A stretch of 64,000 bases of DNA, from the NCBI GenBank assembly GCA_951406725.2, contig OX597819.1, forward strand, positions 130,386,001-130,450,000, written 5' to 3'. Below the pieces are notes generated by a model. The model worked only from the letters and a program-made list of their open reading frames with translations. It did not search any database and was not told where the DNA came from. This document shows, piece by piece, positions 37,886 to 53,442 of the stretch. Position numbers and translations under genes: made by a program. Source of the stretch: Octopus vulgaris (Eukaryota). The first letter of the stretch is position 1, and the number at the start of each line of letters is the position of its first letter.

Positions 37886-39137
37886 AACGAAGTTCTCTCT
37901 TCCAGTTGCTTATTGACTGAACCTTTTGAACTCAAACTATATTTCCGAGTATAATATAAAATTGCACTTTGTGATAAACCAAATTCACTTTTTCATCGTC
38001 TTTTCGTTTCAGTGAAAAATATAAAACGCGTGAGTGTGACTATATATAAGTTACGCATGCTCTACATTTGAAAATGAGGCCTTGTCATGTAACTACTTCT
38101 GCAGAACCAAGACGTCGAGAGAATTAATTTCGTGATACATTATGGAATTTCTTTTATGTCTAATTTTTTTACTTGCTTCTGTCATTGAACTCCAGCCACG
38201 CTGGGGTACAGCCTTGAAAGGTTTAATCATACAAACTGACCGCCAGTACAAATTTTTCCAATATACATATATATATATATATATATAACAAAGTGAAGTT
38301 GTAAGGTACCGCACGAGTGGAATTATATATGAAAGAAGGTTTGAAAATGCAATTTTAAAAGATGTTTATTTACTGATCGGTTTCACTTTTCTAGAAAAAG
38401 ATTGTCAAAAGTAACATGTGTTAAGTCCTGGTTGTCACAAAATATTACAATACATATATACATTCTTTGATAATAATAAGAACATGTTAAAAACAGTTTA
38501 CAAGGGAAAATCTTGGGAAAATATAAAAGTAAAAAATAAAATTTTGAGAAGTTCATTAAAATATTGGGTACAAAAGATTACAATACATATATACATTCTT
38601 TGATAATAATAAAAGAATATTAAAAACAGTTTACAGAAAGAATTATTAAAAAGTTCAGAGGAATATTGGTATTGTATCTGTGTATATATACACAGAAAAT
38701 TACAAGTTCAAAATGGTTACAATTTGGTGGTATATAAATGTACAATGAGGGAGATATATTTGGTTTGAACTGACCTGATTCACCATATTATCGTAAAAGA
38801 CTGTATATATATATATATATATATATATAAGGCAAATGAATGACGGAAGATGGAATATACAATGATTTATAAATCACGAAAATTGTTTCGACACATCTAG
38901 CATCGATCCTTCATGAGTGGGACACTCAACAACTGTTTCAGGAGCATCCGGCGGTGTAGATGTATCCCGTCGGGTGATAAATAGATGCAAATCGTTAAAA
39001 TAACAGTTCTGCAATGTAACTTCTTGTTTTGTAGAAAGAAAAACAGCCAGACGGAGGAAAGATCTTCATTTTTATAGATCAAAAATAGAATCCCTGATTG
39101 CAAAAAGAGAAATGAGCACGCAATCCAGCGAGAAAAG

Positions 39138-39196
<59 letters not shown>

Positions 39197-39215
39197 ATAT
39201 GTATATATATATATG

Positions 39216-39264
<49 letters not shown>

Positions 39265-39307
39265 ACATATATATATATATATATGTGTGTACATATATAT
39301 ATATATA

Positions 39308-39350
<43 letters not shown>

Positions 39351-39353
<3 letters not shown>

Positions 39354-39516
39354 TGCAGGAGTGGGGATGTGGTAAGTAGCTTGCTTACCAACCAATTGGC
39401 TCTAGGTTCAGTCCCACTGCGTGGCACCTTGGGCAAGTATTTTCTACTATGGCATCGGGCCGACCAAAGCATTGTGAGTGGATTTGGTAGACGGAAACTG
39501 AAAGAAGCCCGTCGTA
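39351..39516 (+). mobile_element. SINE family B head half only
   Basis: Ends at gaagcccgtcgtatg, the internal microsatellite junction. Confidence 0.85.
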
Positions 39517-39941
39517 TGTGTGAGAGAAATATTAAGAAATATTAAGCGGAGCAGACATATGAAAGACTTTTTGGTAGTACAAGATTGGCGAAGGAAAATA
39601 GTGAAGGAAAATTATAAGTATAACAATGTGAAAGAGATGGCGGGGGCGGGGAGACAGACTGAAACAAATTGACTTATTTGAAAAAGAGAAAATATAAAAG
39701 GGAAGGAGAAATTGTTAGCGATGGAGAGCACGAGAGAGAAACGAATGGGAAAGACACAAAATGGCCGCCTTCAATAGGGAGCAGAAAACAGGAAAATAGT
39801 AACGCTCAGATATGCAGCATCATGGGGACAACGAAGCAGGCGATTGTTACATCCAAAAGAAAAGAGACAAAAAGACAGGCATACATTCGCACAAAATCTT
39901 ACTTAAGTATTGATATTTAACGGATATAACTTTGTGTCGAC

Positions 39942-40262
39942 GCAGGCATGGCTAAATGGTTAAGAAGTTTACTGCGCAATCACAAAGGTTCGATAGCAGT
40001 GCTTGGCATCTTGGGCAAGCCCCTTTTAATTTACTACGGGTGATTCAAGCCCTGTAAGGGAAATAGAGCATCAAGGAAATTTTGTACAAGTCCATCCGAT
40101 GGATTGCACCAACAAATCAAAAGCAGCGTTTCATCACATACTGTATCATGCTAATTGTGCCTGAGGATCACATCAAGTGTACACATGTCTGCGGAATGCT
40201 CAACCACTTACACAATAATTCAATGACCCGGTGGATCAGCTGATCAAACAATTGGAATATCG
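39942..40262 (+). mobile_element. Old chimeric SINE (B-like head, C type-2 tail)
   Basis: gcaggcatggctaaatggttaagaag...tggcatcttgggcaag, then acacatgtctgcggaatgctcaaccacttacac, which matches 20550-20582. Confidence 0.6.
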
Positions 40263-40592
40263 AACTAGATACAGTCCAAATACTGTATCTAGAACTACGT
40301 TCGATATCCACTGTCGATAATTCTTGATTTCGCAGAGACACGTTGTTTAGCTACTCATCCGGTTGGCCGAGGGTCAACTTTTCTGTGTTGCCCTAGATTA
40401 GACGGGAGAAAACTGGGGGTTTTAGCGTCTTTTACACAGAGAATATGCAATTATGAAAGCATACTAATGAGGTAAGTTGCAATACAAACACTGCTTATAA
40501 TTTAACGAGAATTAACAGATCAAATGTGTCCCACACATTCATACATTCATTCATAGCTTTATACGTATACATTCGCACACACACACACACAC

Positions 40593-40685
<93 letters not shown>

Positions 40686-41162
40686 GATACTTATACACAC
40701 ACTCATACACACACAGATATATACATATATATACATGCATATATACATAGACACACATGTAAACACACACACACAAACACACACACATACACACACATAC
40801 ACACACACATGCACACACACATATATATATGTATTAAATGACTGTGTATGTACGTATGCAAGTATAGACACACACACACACATACGCGCGCGCGCAGGTC
40901 TATATATATGTATACTTCCATACGTACACACATACAGACTTGTAATACAGATATCAAAGAGCAACAGAACACATCAAAGAGTTTGTGGCGGCATCAACTA
41001 GACTCTCAGGAATGGTGAAATTTATGGTTTTGTATTGTGATTATTATAAAGCTGAGGGTTAGAAAGTTAAGACGGTTTTTCCCAACCTTACATCAATCCA
41101 ATTCTTTCAAAGAAAAAGTAAAACATTCCCGAAAGCTCAGCAAATCCAATTATTGCTTTCAC

Positions 41163-41197
<35 letters not shown>

Positions 41198-41328
41198 ACA
41201 CACACACACATACACACACACACACATACACATACATGCATATACACACATAAATACTCACATGCACGCCCCTCCACAAACACATTTTTACATATGTATA
41301 TATAATCCACCTATACATTATATATATG

Positions 41329-41399
<71 letters not shown>

Positions 41400-41458
41400 A
41401 TGTATGTATGTTTGTATGTGTACATACATAGATACACACACACGCACACACGCACACA

Positions 41459-41543
<85 letters not shown>

Positions 41544-41871
41544 CACGCAGACATACATATGCAGTGCTACTCCAACGTATAGGTACATTTTAGAGCGTGG
41601 TATAAAAATACATCAGAAATATATACACACTCCACATGTACACACACGTACCTTACTCACATGTATATACGTATGTTCCTCTCGTTCTCCTTCTTTCCAT
41701 CTTTCTCTCCCTTGGTATATAGATAGGCGTGTTTTTATATAGGTATATATATGTGTGTATACATCTGTACCTGTTTGTCTGTGTGCATGTGGTGTGTGTC
41801 TGTATATATGAATGTATATGCGTGTTTGTATTGGTATACTCAAACAAATACATGTTGCTTATGTCTACATA

Positions 41872-41965
<94 letters not shown>

Positions 41966-42759
41966 CGTTTCAACGCTAGAAATCGAAGTCAAAAGCTTTA
42001 AATAATAACAAGCAGAAAATTGGGTTATAAAAACCTTTCGATAGAAAAAAAACTGATGGATCTCTGGGGAATTCGAACCCACAATTTCTATAAACGTGAC
42101 TGGCATGCTGCTATTACACCGAAAGAACCCATCGAATTTTCGTTATCCGTTCTGGAAGTTTTGTTTTTTCCAGCTAGAAATTATTTTGCTTTTTTTTTTA
42201 TTTTTAGAAACTATGAGAGATGGGAAATTAATCGTGTTGACAGTGGAACTCGAATCAAATAAAGCTATAGAAAACAGTATGTAGAATATTGTGTTTAAAA
42301 TTCCCCTGGATAGGAATAATGTTGGTTACTGACCGTTGGAATCGGACCCTTATCTCCTGTGCACATGACAGATATGAAAATTACTTTGATAATTTTTTTT
42401 TCTTAGTAACAAACAGTTATCATCTCACAACACAATTTGCCGTATTAATTCTTCTTAAGTAACCAGTTGTTCTAAAAGAACTGTAATCAGCCACACATTT
42501 GCAATAAAACAGTTAATGAACATATAAACATTTAACACCGAGGATTTTTACTATCTCCAATCAATAAAACTCCAGTTTCTATCCTTTCGTATTGGTGCAA
42601 CGAAGAGCTGCTACTCGTTCTTTTGTTGTTTTTTTTTTACTTTTGAATATTCAAAACCTTTTGATTTTTATGTATTTAACTAAAATAACCAATGCTTGGG
42701 CAGGGCACAAAAATACAGCCCTGTTTCGTCTAGTTTGTGAATCTCAGAAACATTAATAT

Positions 42760-43110
42760 TCGTTTCAAATTTTGGCACAAGGCCAGCAGTTTCCGGTAAG
42801 AGGCTAAGCCGACTATATCGATTCCAGTGCTCCACTGGTACTTATTTTATCGATCCCAAAAGGATGAAAAACAAAGTCCACCTTGGTGGATTTGAACTCA
42901 AAACGTAAAAAATAAACGAAATGCTGCTAAGCATTTTGAACGAAAATATAATTCTTTAGCGGCATTTCATTCGGCTGAGTTCTGAGCTCAAATGCTTGAG
43001 GCCAACTTTGCTCTTTACCTTTTCGGGGGAGATAAAATAAATACCATTTGAGCACAAGAGAGTCGATGAAATCGCCTTCTTCCTCCTCACACACTTCGCT
43101 TGCCTTGAGC
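42760..43110. mobile_element. Two degenerate SINE A copies, head-to-head
   Basis: Minus copy (aaaggatgaaaaacaaagtccaccttggtggatttgaactc) and plus copy (gttctgagctcaaatg...actttgctctttaccttttcgggg). Confidence 0.7.
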
Positions 43111-43259
43111 CAAGATTCATCTTTTATTTCTCTCGATCATTAGACTGCGGCCATGCTGGATTGCCGCCTTAAATAAACTTTCGTCGAGCAAATCAACCCT
43201 ATTGCTTCTTTTTTCTATTTCAAGCGTGGTGCTTCTTTAAAAATAAGAACAAGTCAACA

Positions 43260-43590
43260 TCATCGGTAACCACTGAGCCGCAGATTTTATGTCGGAGTTA
43301 TCCCAGTTACCTGAGTTACCTTCTCCTTGAAGGATGCCCTAACAAAGGCTAGGAGTCCTTCACTCCCAATGGTTTAACCGCGCGATCGGGTATTCAGTCC
43401 GATTATTTCTATGTCCCCGCGCATGATCCAGCCTTAAGACATTTATTGGATGGCCGTTGACTCTCAAGAGTTCCTCCGCCCTTTGACGGGTTTTGTTTTT
43501 CATCCCGCAGGGTGTCCAATAAACACCCTCCTCACCAAACAAGCTCGGTGGGGTTGCCGGTTTAGTCGCCGACGACCCGACCATGCAGCA
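43260..43590 (-). mobile_element. Structured repeat resembling an RTE-type LINE 5' UTR
   Basis: Minus strand catggtcgggtcgtcggcgactaaaccggcaacccc...ctagcctttgttagggcatccttcaaggagaagg, with several hairpins. A diverged copy lies at ~51680-51820 (+). Confidence 0.55.
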
Positions 43591-44433
43591 TACATACATC
43601 CATCCATACATACATCCATCCATCCTATCCATACATTCATACATACATACATACATACATACATACATACATACATACATACATACATACATACATACAT
43701 ACATACATACATACATACATACATACATACATACATACATACATACATTCATACATACATACATGCATACATACATACATACATACATACATACATGCAT
43801 GCATACATCCATCCATCCATACATACATACATACATACATACATACATACATACATACATACATACATACATACACACACATACATACATACATACATAC
43901 ATACATACATACATACATACATACATACATACATACATACATACATACATGCATACATCCATCCATCCATCCATACATACATACATACATACATACATAC
44001 ATACATACATACATACACACACATACATACATACATACATACATACATACATACATACATACATACATACATACATACATACATACATCCATCCATCCAT
44101 ACATACATACATACATACATACATACATACATACATACATACACACACACACATACATACATGCATACATACATACATACATACATACATACATACATAC
44201 ATACACATACATACATACATACATACATACATACATACATGCATACATACATACATACATACATACATACATACACACACATACATACATCCATCCATCC
44301 ATACATACATGCATACATACATACATACATACATACATACATACATACATACATACATACATACATACATACATACATACATACATACATACATACATAC
44401 ATACATACATACATACATACATACATACATACA

Positions 44434-44462
<29 letters not shown>
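43589..44462. repeat. ~870 bp (CATA)n array
   Basis: Direct inspection. Confidence 0.98.
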
Positions 44463-44465
<3 letters not shown>

Positions 44466-44895
44466 AACGATCTTTTAAACTCTATTCCCATTCAATTTTC
44501 AAATACTCTCCCAACCAGTATGTTTCACTTTCAATGTATCTCCCTCTCTCCCCCTCCCCCACTCTCTCTCTCTCTCTCTCTCTCTCTTTGTATATGCTTG
44601 TGTGCGTATATATATGTATGTGTGTGCGTGCGTGTGTGTGTATGTGTGATGTGCGTGTGTGCGCGCGTATGTATGATGTGTGATGTGTGTGTGTGTGTGT
44701 GTGTACTGATGCATGTATTTCCTCCTCTCTTCTTGTCACTCCGCAAAACATTTACTTTCATTTTCAGTTTCATACATCAATACTTAAATATATTTCAAAA
44801 TTTCTTCGACTTTTCTTTCTGTCTTTCATTCTATTTTCCCTCTGTTAAAAAAACTCTCTCTCCGAATCTCTCTCTCTCTCTCTCTCTTTCTCCCC

Positions 44896-44936
<41 letters not shown>

Positions 44937-45245
44937 CCTTCTCTTTCTCTCTCTCTCTCTTTCTCTCTCTCTCTTTTTCTCCCTTCTCTTTCGCTCTCTC
45001 TCTCTCTCTTTCCCAGTCTCTCTCTTTCTGTCTCACTGACTTTTTCTCACTTTATATACTTGCTTATTTCTATCTTTCTCTACTTTTTTCTCTGACCTTT
45101 TCTCAGTTTCTCTTCTCAAGTTTTTCATACTCTTCTCCCTTGCATTTGCCTCTCAATCTCTCTTTCTCTCTCTATCTATCTGTCTCTCTGTCTATATCAC
45201 TCCTCTTATTTTTTCCATAGCCTAATCCTCTCTTGCCCATTGAAT

Positions 45246-45305
<60 letters not shown>

Positions 45306-45512
45306 CAGCAGCCGCACCGTTGCTGGTGGTGTTGTAGTGGTGGTGTTAGTGGTGGTGGTGTTGGTGGTAGTGGTCATTTGAACTTAGAACGTAGCGGCAG
45401 ACGAAATACCACTAAGCATTTCGCCCGGCATTCTAACGTTTCTACCAGATCGCTGCTGATACCGTCTACTTCAACCTCTCTGTGGTCGTTGTCACAATGT
45501 CTACCATTAACC

Positions 45513-45723
45513 GGGCAGAAACGTTAGCACGCCGGGCGAAATGCGTAGCCGTTACGTTCTGAGTTCAAATTCCGCTGAGGTCGACTTTGCCTTTCATCCT
45601 TTCGGGGTCGATAAATTAAGTACCATTTACGCACTGGGGTCGATTTAATCGACTTAATCCGTTTGTCTCTCCTTGTTTGACCTATCTATGTTTAGCCCCT
45701 TGTGGGTAGTAAAGAAATAGGTA
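45513..45723 (+). mobile_element. SINE family A (opposite-strand head fragment at ~45376-45455)
   Basis: Family A match. Confidence 0.88.
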
Positions 45724-45959
45724 AACTAAAGAACCTCCGCCGCCGCCGTCATTACCACCACCTTCACCAACCATCACTACCATCACCATCAACACCAATC
45801 AATCGCTCTTTTAAGTTTTTCCCCGCCACCATGACCACACTAACAAACCACTCAATCTGCTAATTTAACAGGCCGTAACCACCATCACTGATTCCGCCAA
45901 CAGCAACACCGATGACGACGACGATGACGATGACGACATCATCACCATCAACAACAACA

Positions 45960-47710
<1,751 letters not shown>

Positions 47711-48139
47711 ATGGCATAGCATCTCCGCTTTTCATCTTTATACAACGGTAACATCACCACTAGCACAATTACTGCGCCCCGCCCTCGTTAAGATCGCCGC
47801 AACCATCGCCGCCATCAGCCCCGTCACCAGCCATCATCCTAGTGCTACGTACTGCTACAAAACTACCAATACGACCAATGATACCAATCCCCGCCACCCA
47901 GCAGTCGCCACAGACTACCGTATTGCTCGCCACCAACCTCAGACCCTTTACACCATCTAACCCCCCATCCCTGCCCCTCCGCGCCGCACGTCCCTTCTAC
48001 ATACAATGTGTTACAATCACAACAATGAGATTATAGGCCAATGTGATTAGAGATTAATTGGGAAATTGCCAGCTCGCTTAAGAGCAGGTAATAACGTTAT
48101 TAAACACTGTGTGTTTAAAGATATACATCCATCCATACA

Positions 48140-48171
<32 letters not shown>

Positions 48172-48506
48172 AATATATATACAATGTATATATGTATATT
48201 ATACATATATACATCTATATATATGCATGTATAGATGAAAATATAATACATTTCTATATGTGTGTACACATGGATATGTGTGTGTGTGTGTGTGTGTATG
48301 TATGTGTGCGTGTACATACATCTGCATGTAAATATATATAATTGTGTGTGTGTATGTGTGCGTGTACATACATTTGCATATAGATGTATATAATTGTGTG
48401 TGTGTGTGCGTGTGTATGCGTGCATCCATACATCCATCTTTTCATACATACATACAAAATTGCGCCTTGTGCTGGGGTCAACATTAAGAACCTTCTATCT
48501 TCTTCA

Positions 48507-48550
<44 letters not shown>

Positions 48551-49221
48551 CCTCTCTCATACACACATGTGCACACACTCACGCACACACAAGCACACAC
48601 ACTCTTTACATATACATACATACATACATACAGACATACATACGCAGATGTGTCCATGTGTATATGTATGTATATGTTTATTTCTATGCGTGAGAACGTG
48701 TGTGTATTTACCTGGAAAAATACGAGGACGCTATATGTGTCCATCAAACTTCACAAGTGGTTGGCGTGGGAGGATATATATTTATTTTGCAAACAGCGGC
48801 CAACGTTGAGTATTTATGCGCGCGTGTGGGTATGCCTGCGTGTATGCATGCATGTGTACGTGTATACGAGTGTATGCATATGTGAGTTTATGTGTGTATG
48901 CTTGTGTTTCCGTATGTATGTTCTTGCAATGTGCCTACATGTGGCCCGTGTGTCAGTTTGTGTGTATATGTAATTGTGAATGTATGAATATGTGTATATA
49001 TGTGCTTAAGCTTCGATCTGCGACTGTGAGTTTACCTGTAATTATAGAACCTGTGATTTGGCTGGAATATTACGGCGGCTTCGTCTTTGAAGTGCTCCGC
49101 TCGATTGTTTCTGATTCATGTATCCGCGTGTGTCAGTTTCTTTTTATGTGTGTGTGTGTGTTTATAGAATGAGTGTATGTTGAGGACACGCTATAAATTA
49201 TAGGTATATATTATATATATA

Positions 49222-49452
49222 AGGCGGCGAGCTTGCAGAAATGTTAGAACGCCGGGCGAAATGCGTCGCCGTATTTCGTCTGCCGTTACATTCTGAGTTC
49301 AAATTCCGCCGAGGTCGACTTTACCTTTCATCCTTTCGGGATTGATAAATTAAGTACCAGTTACGCACTGGTGTCTATCCAATCGACTTAATCCCTTTGT
49401 CTGTCCTTGTTCGTCCTCTCTGTGTTTAGCCCCTTGTAGGTAGTAAAGAATT
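49222..49452 (+). mobile_element. SINE family A
   Basis: Family A match; attat(at)aggtatata seen on both sides. Confidence 0.9.
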
Positions 49453-49474
49453 ATATAGGTATATAGTATACACC

Positions 49475-49803
49475 GGCTCGTGCCATAGTGGTTAGTGTAT
49501 TAGGCTCATGATCGTAAGGCCCTGAGTTCGATTCCCGATGGTACGTTGAGATCTTGAGCAAGACACTATTTTCCGTCGCTGCAGTCCACGCATCCAGCAA
49601 AAATTAGTTGTACTTGTAGTTCAATGGGTCAGCCTTGTTACATTCGGGTGTCACGCTGAATCTGCCCGAGGACAATGTTAAGGGCACTCGTGTCTGCAGA
49701 GGGCTCAGTCACAAGTACGTTAATTTCCTTCACGAGCAGGCTGTTCAGTTGACCGAATGAATCAACTTGATCACTCGTCGTCGTAACCGACGGAATGCTT
49801 CAG
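49475..49803 (+). mobile_element. SINE family C-like, tail type 2
   Basis: tRNA-like head (gccatagtggttagtg...gagttcgattccc); tail ctcgtcgtcgtaaccgacggaatgcttc shared with the 20275 copy. Confidence 0.85.
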
Positions 49804-50227
49804 CCATATATAAATACACATGTTCATACACATCATATTTACACACACACACACACACGCATTCAAATACATTCTTATACACTCATATACACATATACTA
49901 TGTCATATGTATAGCCGAATGGTGAACCAATTCTGTTACCGAGCCAAGTGCTTAGCACTTTGGAATATTATCGAAGAAAGTCTAAAGCGAAATGAATTTG
50001 TTGGATGGTCTGTTCGTGAAATATTGTTGCATGGAATTCCGTGTTAAGTGAATATATATGTCTGCATAAATACATAACCACTTCCAGAGGGTTTGTTGTT
50101 CTCTAACTTTAAGAAATTTTAAGTCATAAACATCCATCTCTCTCACGCATATACATACATGGAAATACACAGATATCGAGTAGTGTAAATACTGAGACAT
50201 AAAGCATTCAGTATAAGGCTGTGTGAA

Positions 50228-50560
50228 GGCACATGGTTCAATGGTTGGAGCGCCGGACTCAAAATCACGAGGTAGTGAGTTCGATTTCCAGACCAGGCTG
50301 TGTATTGTGTTCTTAAGCAAGACACTTCATTTCACGTTGCTCCAGTTCACTCACCTGTAGAAATGAATTGCGACGTCACTGGTGCCAAGCTGTATCGGCC
50401 CCTTTGCCTTTCCCTTGGAGAACATTGGTGCATGGAGAGGTAAGGCTGGTATGCAAGGCTAACTGCTGGTCTTCCATAAATAACCTTGCCTGGACTTGTA
50501 CCTCGGAGGGGAACTTTCTAGATGCAATCCCAGAGTCAGTCATGACCGTAGGGGTCCTTT
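50228..50560 (+). mobile_element. SINE family C-like, tail type 3
   Basis: ggcacatggttcaatggttggagcgccggactc...gagttcgatttcc...cttaagcaagacacttcatttcacgttgctccag, then an unrelated tail. Confidence 0.78.
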
Positions 50561-50889
50561 CGTAAGGCTGTAGTGTAGGTCATAAATTTCTTTACAACGG
50601 ATATAGTTTCATGTTTTACTGATTTTAGGCAGTCGGCTCAAAAAATGAAACAGTTTTGTATTTTTCTTTATATAGGATCCATATTAAAAACCATGAAATT
50701 AGTACAACATGAAACTAACTGATGTAGATGGGAAATTTCTGCTTATGGTTCTCAATCCTTTGTACCTTTGTTTATTTGCTGTATGGTAACAAAAATCTTT
50801 GTCTTTTTTGCGTTTTCTAAAGAGTACATGTGCGTGTGTATATATGAGTCTGTGTGTATATATATATGTATATATGTATGTATATATGT

Positions 50890-50924
<35 letters not shown>

Positions 50925-50943
50925 CATACACACATACACACAT

Positions 50944-50989
<46 letters not shown>

Positions 50990-51057
50990 GTATATATATA
51001 TATATGTATATACGTATGTATACATATATATTTGTATGTGTGTATGTATGTATGTAT

Positions 51058-51530
51058 GTTTTTCTTTGAGTTTTATTTACCTTCTTGAGAGAGTTCAAGC
51101 CGGTTCCTAAGAAAGCAACTGGATATTTTAAGTTAAGAGAGTTCCTGGTGTTTGAGTCGGTGTGTTGGTTGAAGTGTCGACGCATACACCCAAGTGTATA
51201 CCTTTATTCACATTAGAATCTTAGATGGAGAATCTTTGGAATGTCTTACAATTCTTCATTGTGACACAAATAGAATGGATTTGGAGAATCCGTGTTAATT
51301 TCTTTTGCTCGTTTTCTGCGAAACTGATTATGTTTTAGGTTTTTGTGCAAATTCGTTGGTACAAAATCAAACTGAATTCATAGTCAGAGTACATGAGTTA
51401 CATGTTCCACATTTATTCGCCATAAATGTTCTCTTTTTCCTGCACTTTTCATTGTACATTCAAAGATGCTGAGCAGCTTACCTCTACAACAGTGCTGGAT
51501 CTTTGTTCCCTGTCCCACAGAGCAATATCA
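51058..51530 (-). mobile_element. REL non-LTR retrotransposon 3' end in (CATA)n
   Basis: DIALWDREQRSSTVVEVSCSASLNVQ*KVQEKENIYGE...LMYSDYEF...KKLTRILQIHSICVTMKNCKTFQRFSI*, then ~160 bp 3' UTR. Homologous to 6138-6693. (TATG)n on both plus-strand flanks. Confidence 0.82.
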
Positions 51531-51913
51531 TGTATGTATGTATGTATGTATGTATGTATGTATGTATGTATGTATGTATGTATGTATGTATGTATGTATG
51601 TATGTATGCATGCATGCATGCCCAGGTCAGGCCAGAAGAATCCCTTTACTGGTACCAGATAACCCAATACTACCTGTTTCATGGTCGGGTGGTCAGCGAC
51701 TAAACTGGCTCCCCTACCTGGACTGTGCCATTTAAGGAAGATGTTGTGAACACTCTGTAGGACTAAAAACAAGACCTGTCAAATGCTGAATGACCTCAGT
51801 GGGAGTCAATGGCCATCATCACGAGTGGTGACTTGTAAAAATATCCTGCACGGGTACTGGCAAACAATGCAGCCGATCCGAGACCTTAGCCAGAAAACTA
51901 CAATGAAAGGACA

Positions 51914-52145
51914 TACCTATTTCTTTACTACCCACAAGGGGCTAAACATAGAGTGGACAAACAAGAACAGACAAAGGGATGAAGTCCATTACATCGATCA
52001 GTGCGTAACTGGTACTTATTTAATCGACCTCGAAAGGGTGAAAGGCAAAGTCGACCTCGGCAGAATTTGAACTCAGAACGTAACGGCAGACGAAATTCGG
52101 CTACGCATTTCGCCCGGCGTGCTAACGTTTCTGCCAGCTCGCCGC
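51914..52145 (-). mobile_element. SINE family A
   Basis: Family A match. Confidence 0.9.
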
Positions 52146-52214
52146 TCTCGAGTCGAAGTCAACGTCTACGAGTAATGTGGTACAGAGAAATGAAGATTAA
52201 TGTATACACTTTTT

Positions 52215-52720
52215 GAAAACGTTTAACATAACACAAACGTTTAAAGATCATAAGGATAATATTCAAGCTGACCTTATTTAAACTTATTAACCGGCAGAAA
52301 GTGGAGTGAGTGTAGTTAATAAAAATAATTTTAAATTAATTATAGAAAAATAATACTCAGTCCCCTAATTTGTTCTTATGGAAAAATAGCGTTGGTGTTA
52401 AACCATATAGGCAATAAAAATGGTTAAATTATATAGGCAATAAAATTAATTGCAAATTCACCCAGTCTGACATACTTGAAATTTAGCCGTCTAATTCTAA
52501 TCGCCTCGTCTTTTCAATTGGTTAGTGTTTCGAAAGAATTTTTATTTCCGTTTGTGATTTTAAACTGAATATTATTAGACGTGACAAGCAATCTTTATTA
52601 AATTTTGAAGAGGGTTTTTTCAGACGAACATGGTGGATCGTTTGATGTGATTATGGGCTTCTATGATGGAGCTGAGATTTATCAATTAGTAAAGTTATAT
52701 AACTTAGACTCAAGCGGGAG
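52215..52720 (+). mobile_element. Penelope-like RT remnant (N-terminal half)
   Basis: TFKDHKDNI, LIN/PAES..VS, LWKNS, IIRRDKQSLL and SFDVIMGFYDGAEIYQLVKLY (compare PLE motif FDVTMGSFDGAEVCELVGLY), with frameshifts. Confidence 0.8.
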
Positions 52721-52891
52721 GCAGTAACTCTAAACAATATAAGATGCTTCATATAATATACACTTCTAGTAAGCTCGCTTACGATGTTGTGCTGGGGAAA
52801 CATCATTTCTAGAACTGATTTTCTTCTTGCAAAGTGTTTCATGATCTCAACTAATGATATACTAATCAATGAACTATTAATATAATATAAC

Positions 52892-53269
52892 TTGCTCGGG
52901 TTTGTAAGGGAAATAACTATATAAGCATTTTTAGAGATGTAAAGTATAATAGCCATCTCAATATGGCTAAACCACAAAGGGGGGTGTTACTGTAGCTTTT
53001 TACATTCTGAGATTTAATAATAAATTTTTAGAGAGTTACTTCCCTTATATATGCCAAAAATGCATTAAAAATGGGAAAAATTGATGGTAAATTTTTTTTT
53101 AAATCGTAGACTCATCGTAGACGCGCGCTAATACCCAGAAGGGCTCGATATGAATCACGACTATAAGATACCCGGTTTTGGTTAAACTGCACCGCAAAAT
53201 GTGGGAGTAGTTAGGAATCTAAATCGTAGGAGACAGACACTCACACAACCTCTCTTTTATATATAAAGA
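52892..53269 (-). mobile_element. Non-autonomous Helitron H3 (3' tip missing)
   Basis: Near-identical to H2/H5 over the 5' ~170 bp. TC start at 53269. Confidence 0.85.
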
Positions 53270-53442
53270 TATATGAAACTTTATTTCACTTCACTCAGTT
53301 ATTTCGAAAACATGCAAACGTACTTCATAAAATACATGATCATCCAACTAACCCTCACTCCGTAAAATTACTGACCTTTAAAACCATAATTATTACTATT
53401 ATCTTAATACGATTTGTAGTGATATGGTTATCAGTTCTGAAG

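Noticed and set aside
38449-38636. ~55-bp direct repeat (atacatatatacattctttgataataataa...aaaacagtttaca)
   Set aside because: Two AT-rich copies only; most simply a local duplication within a degenerate repeat.
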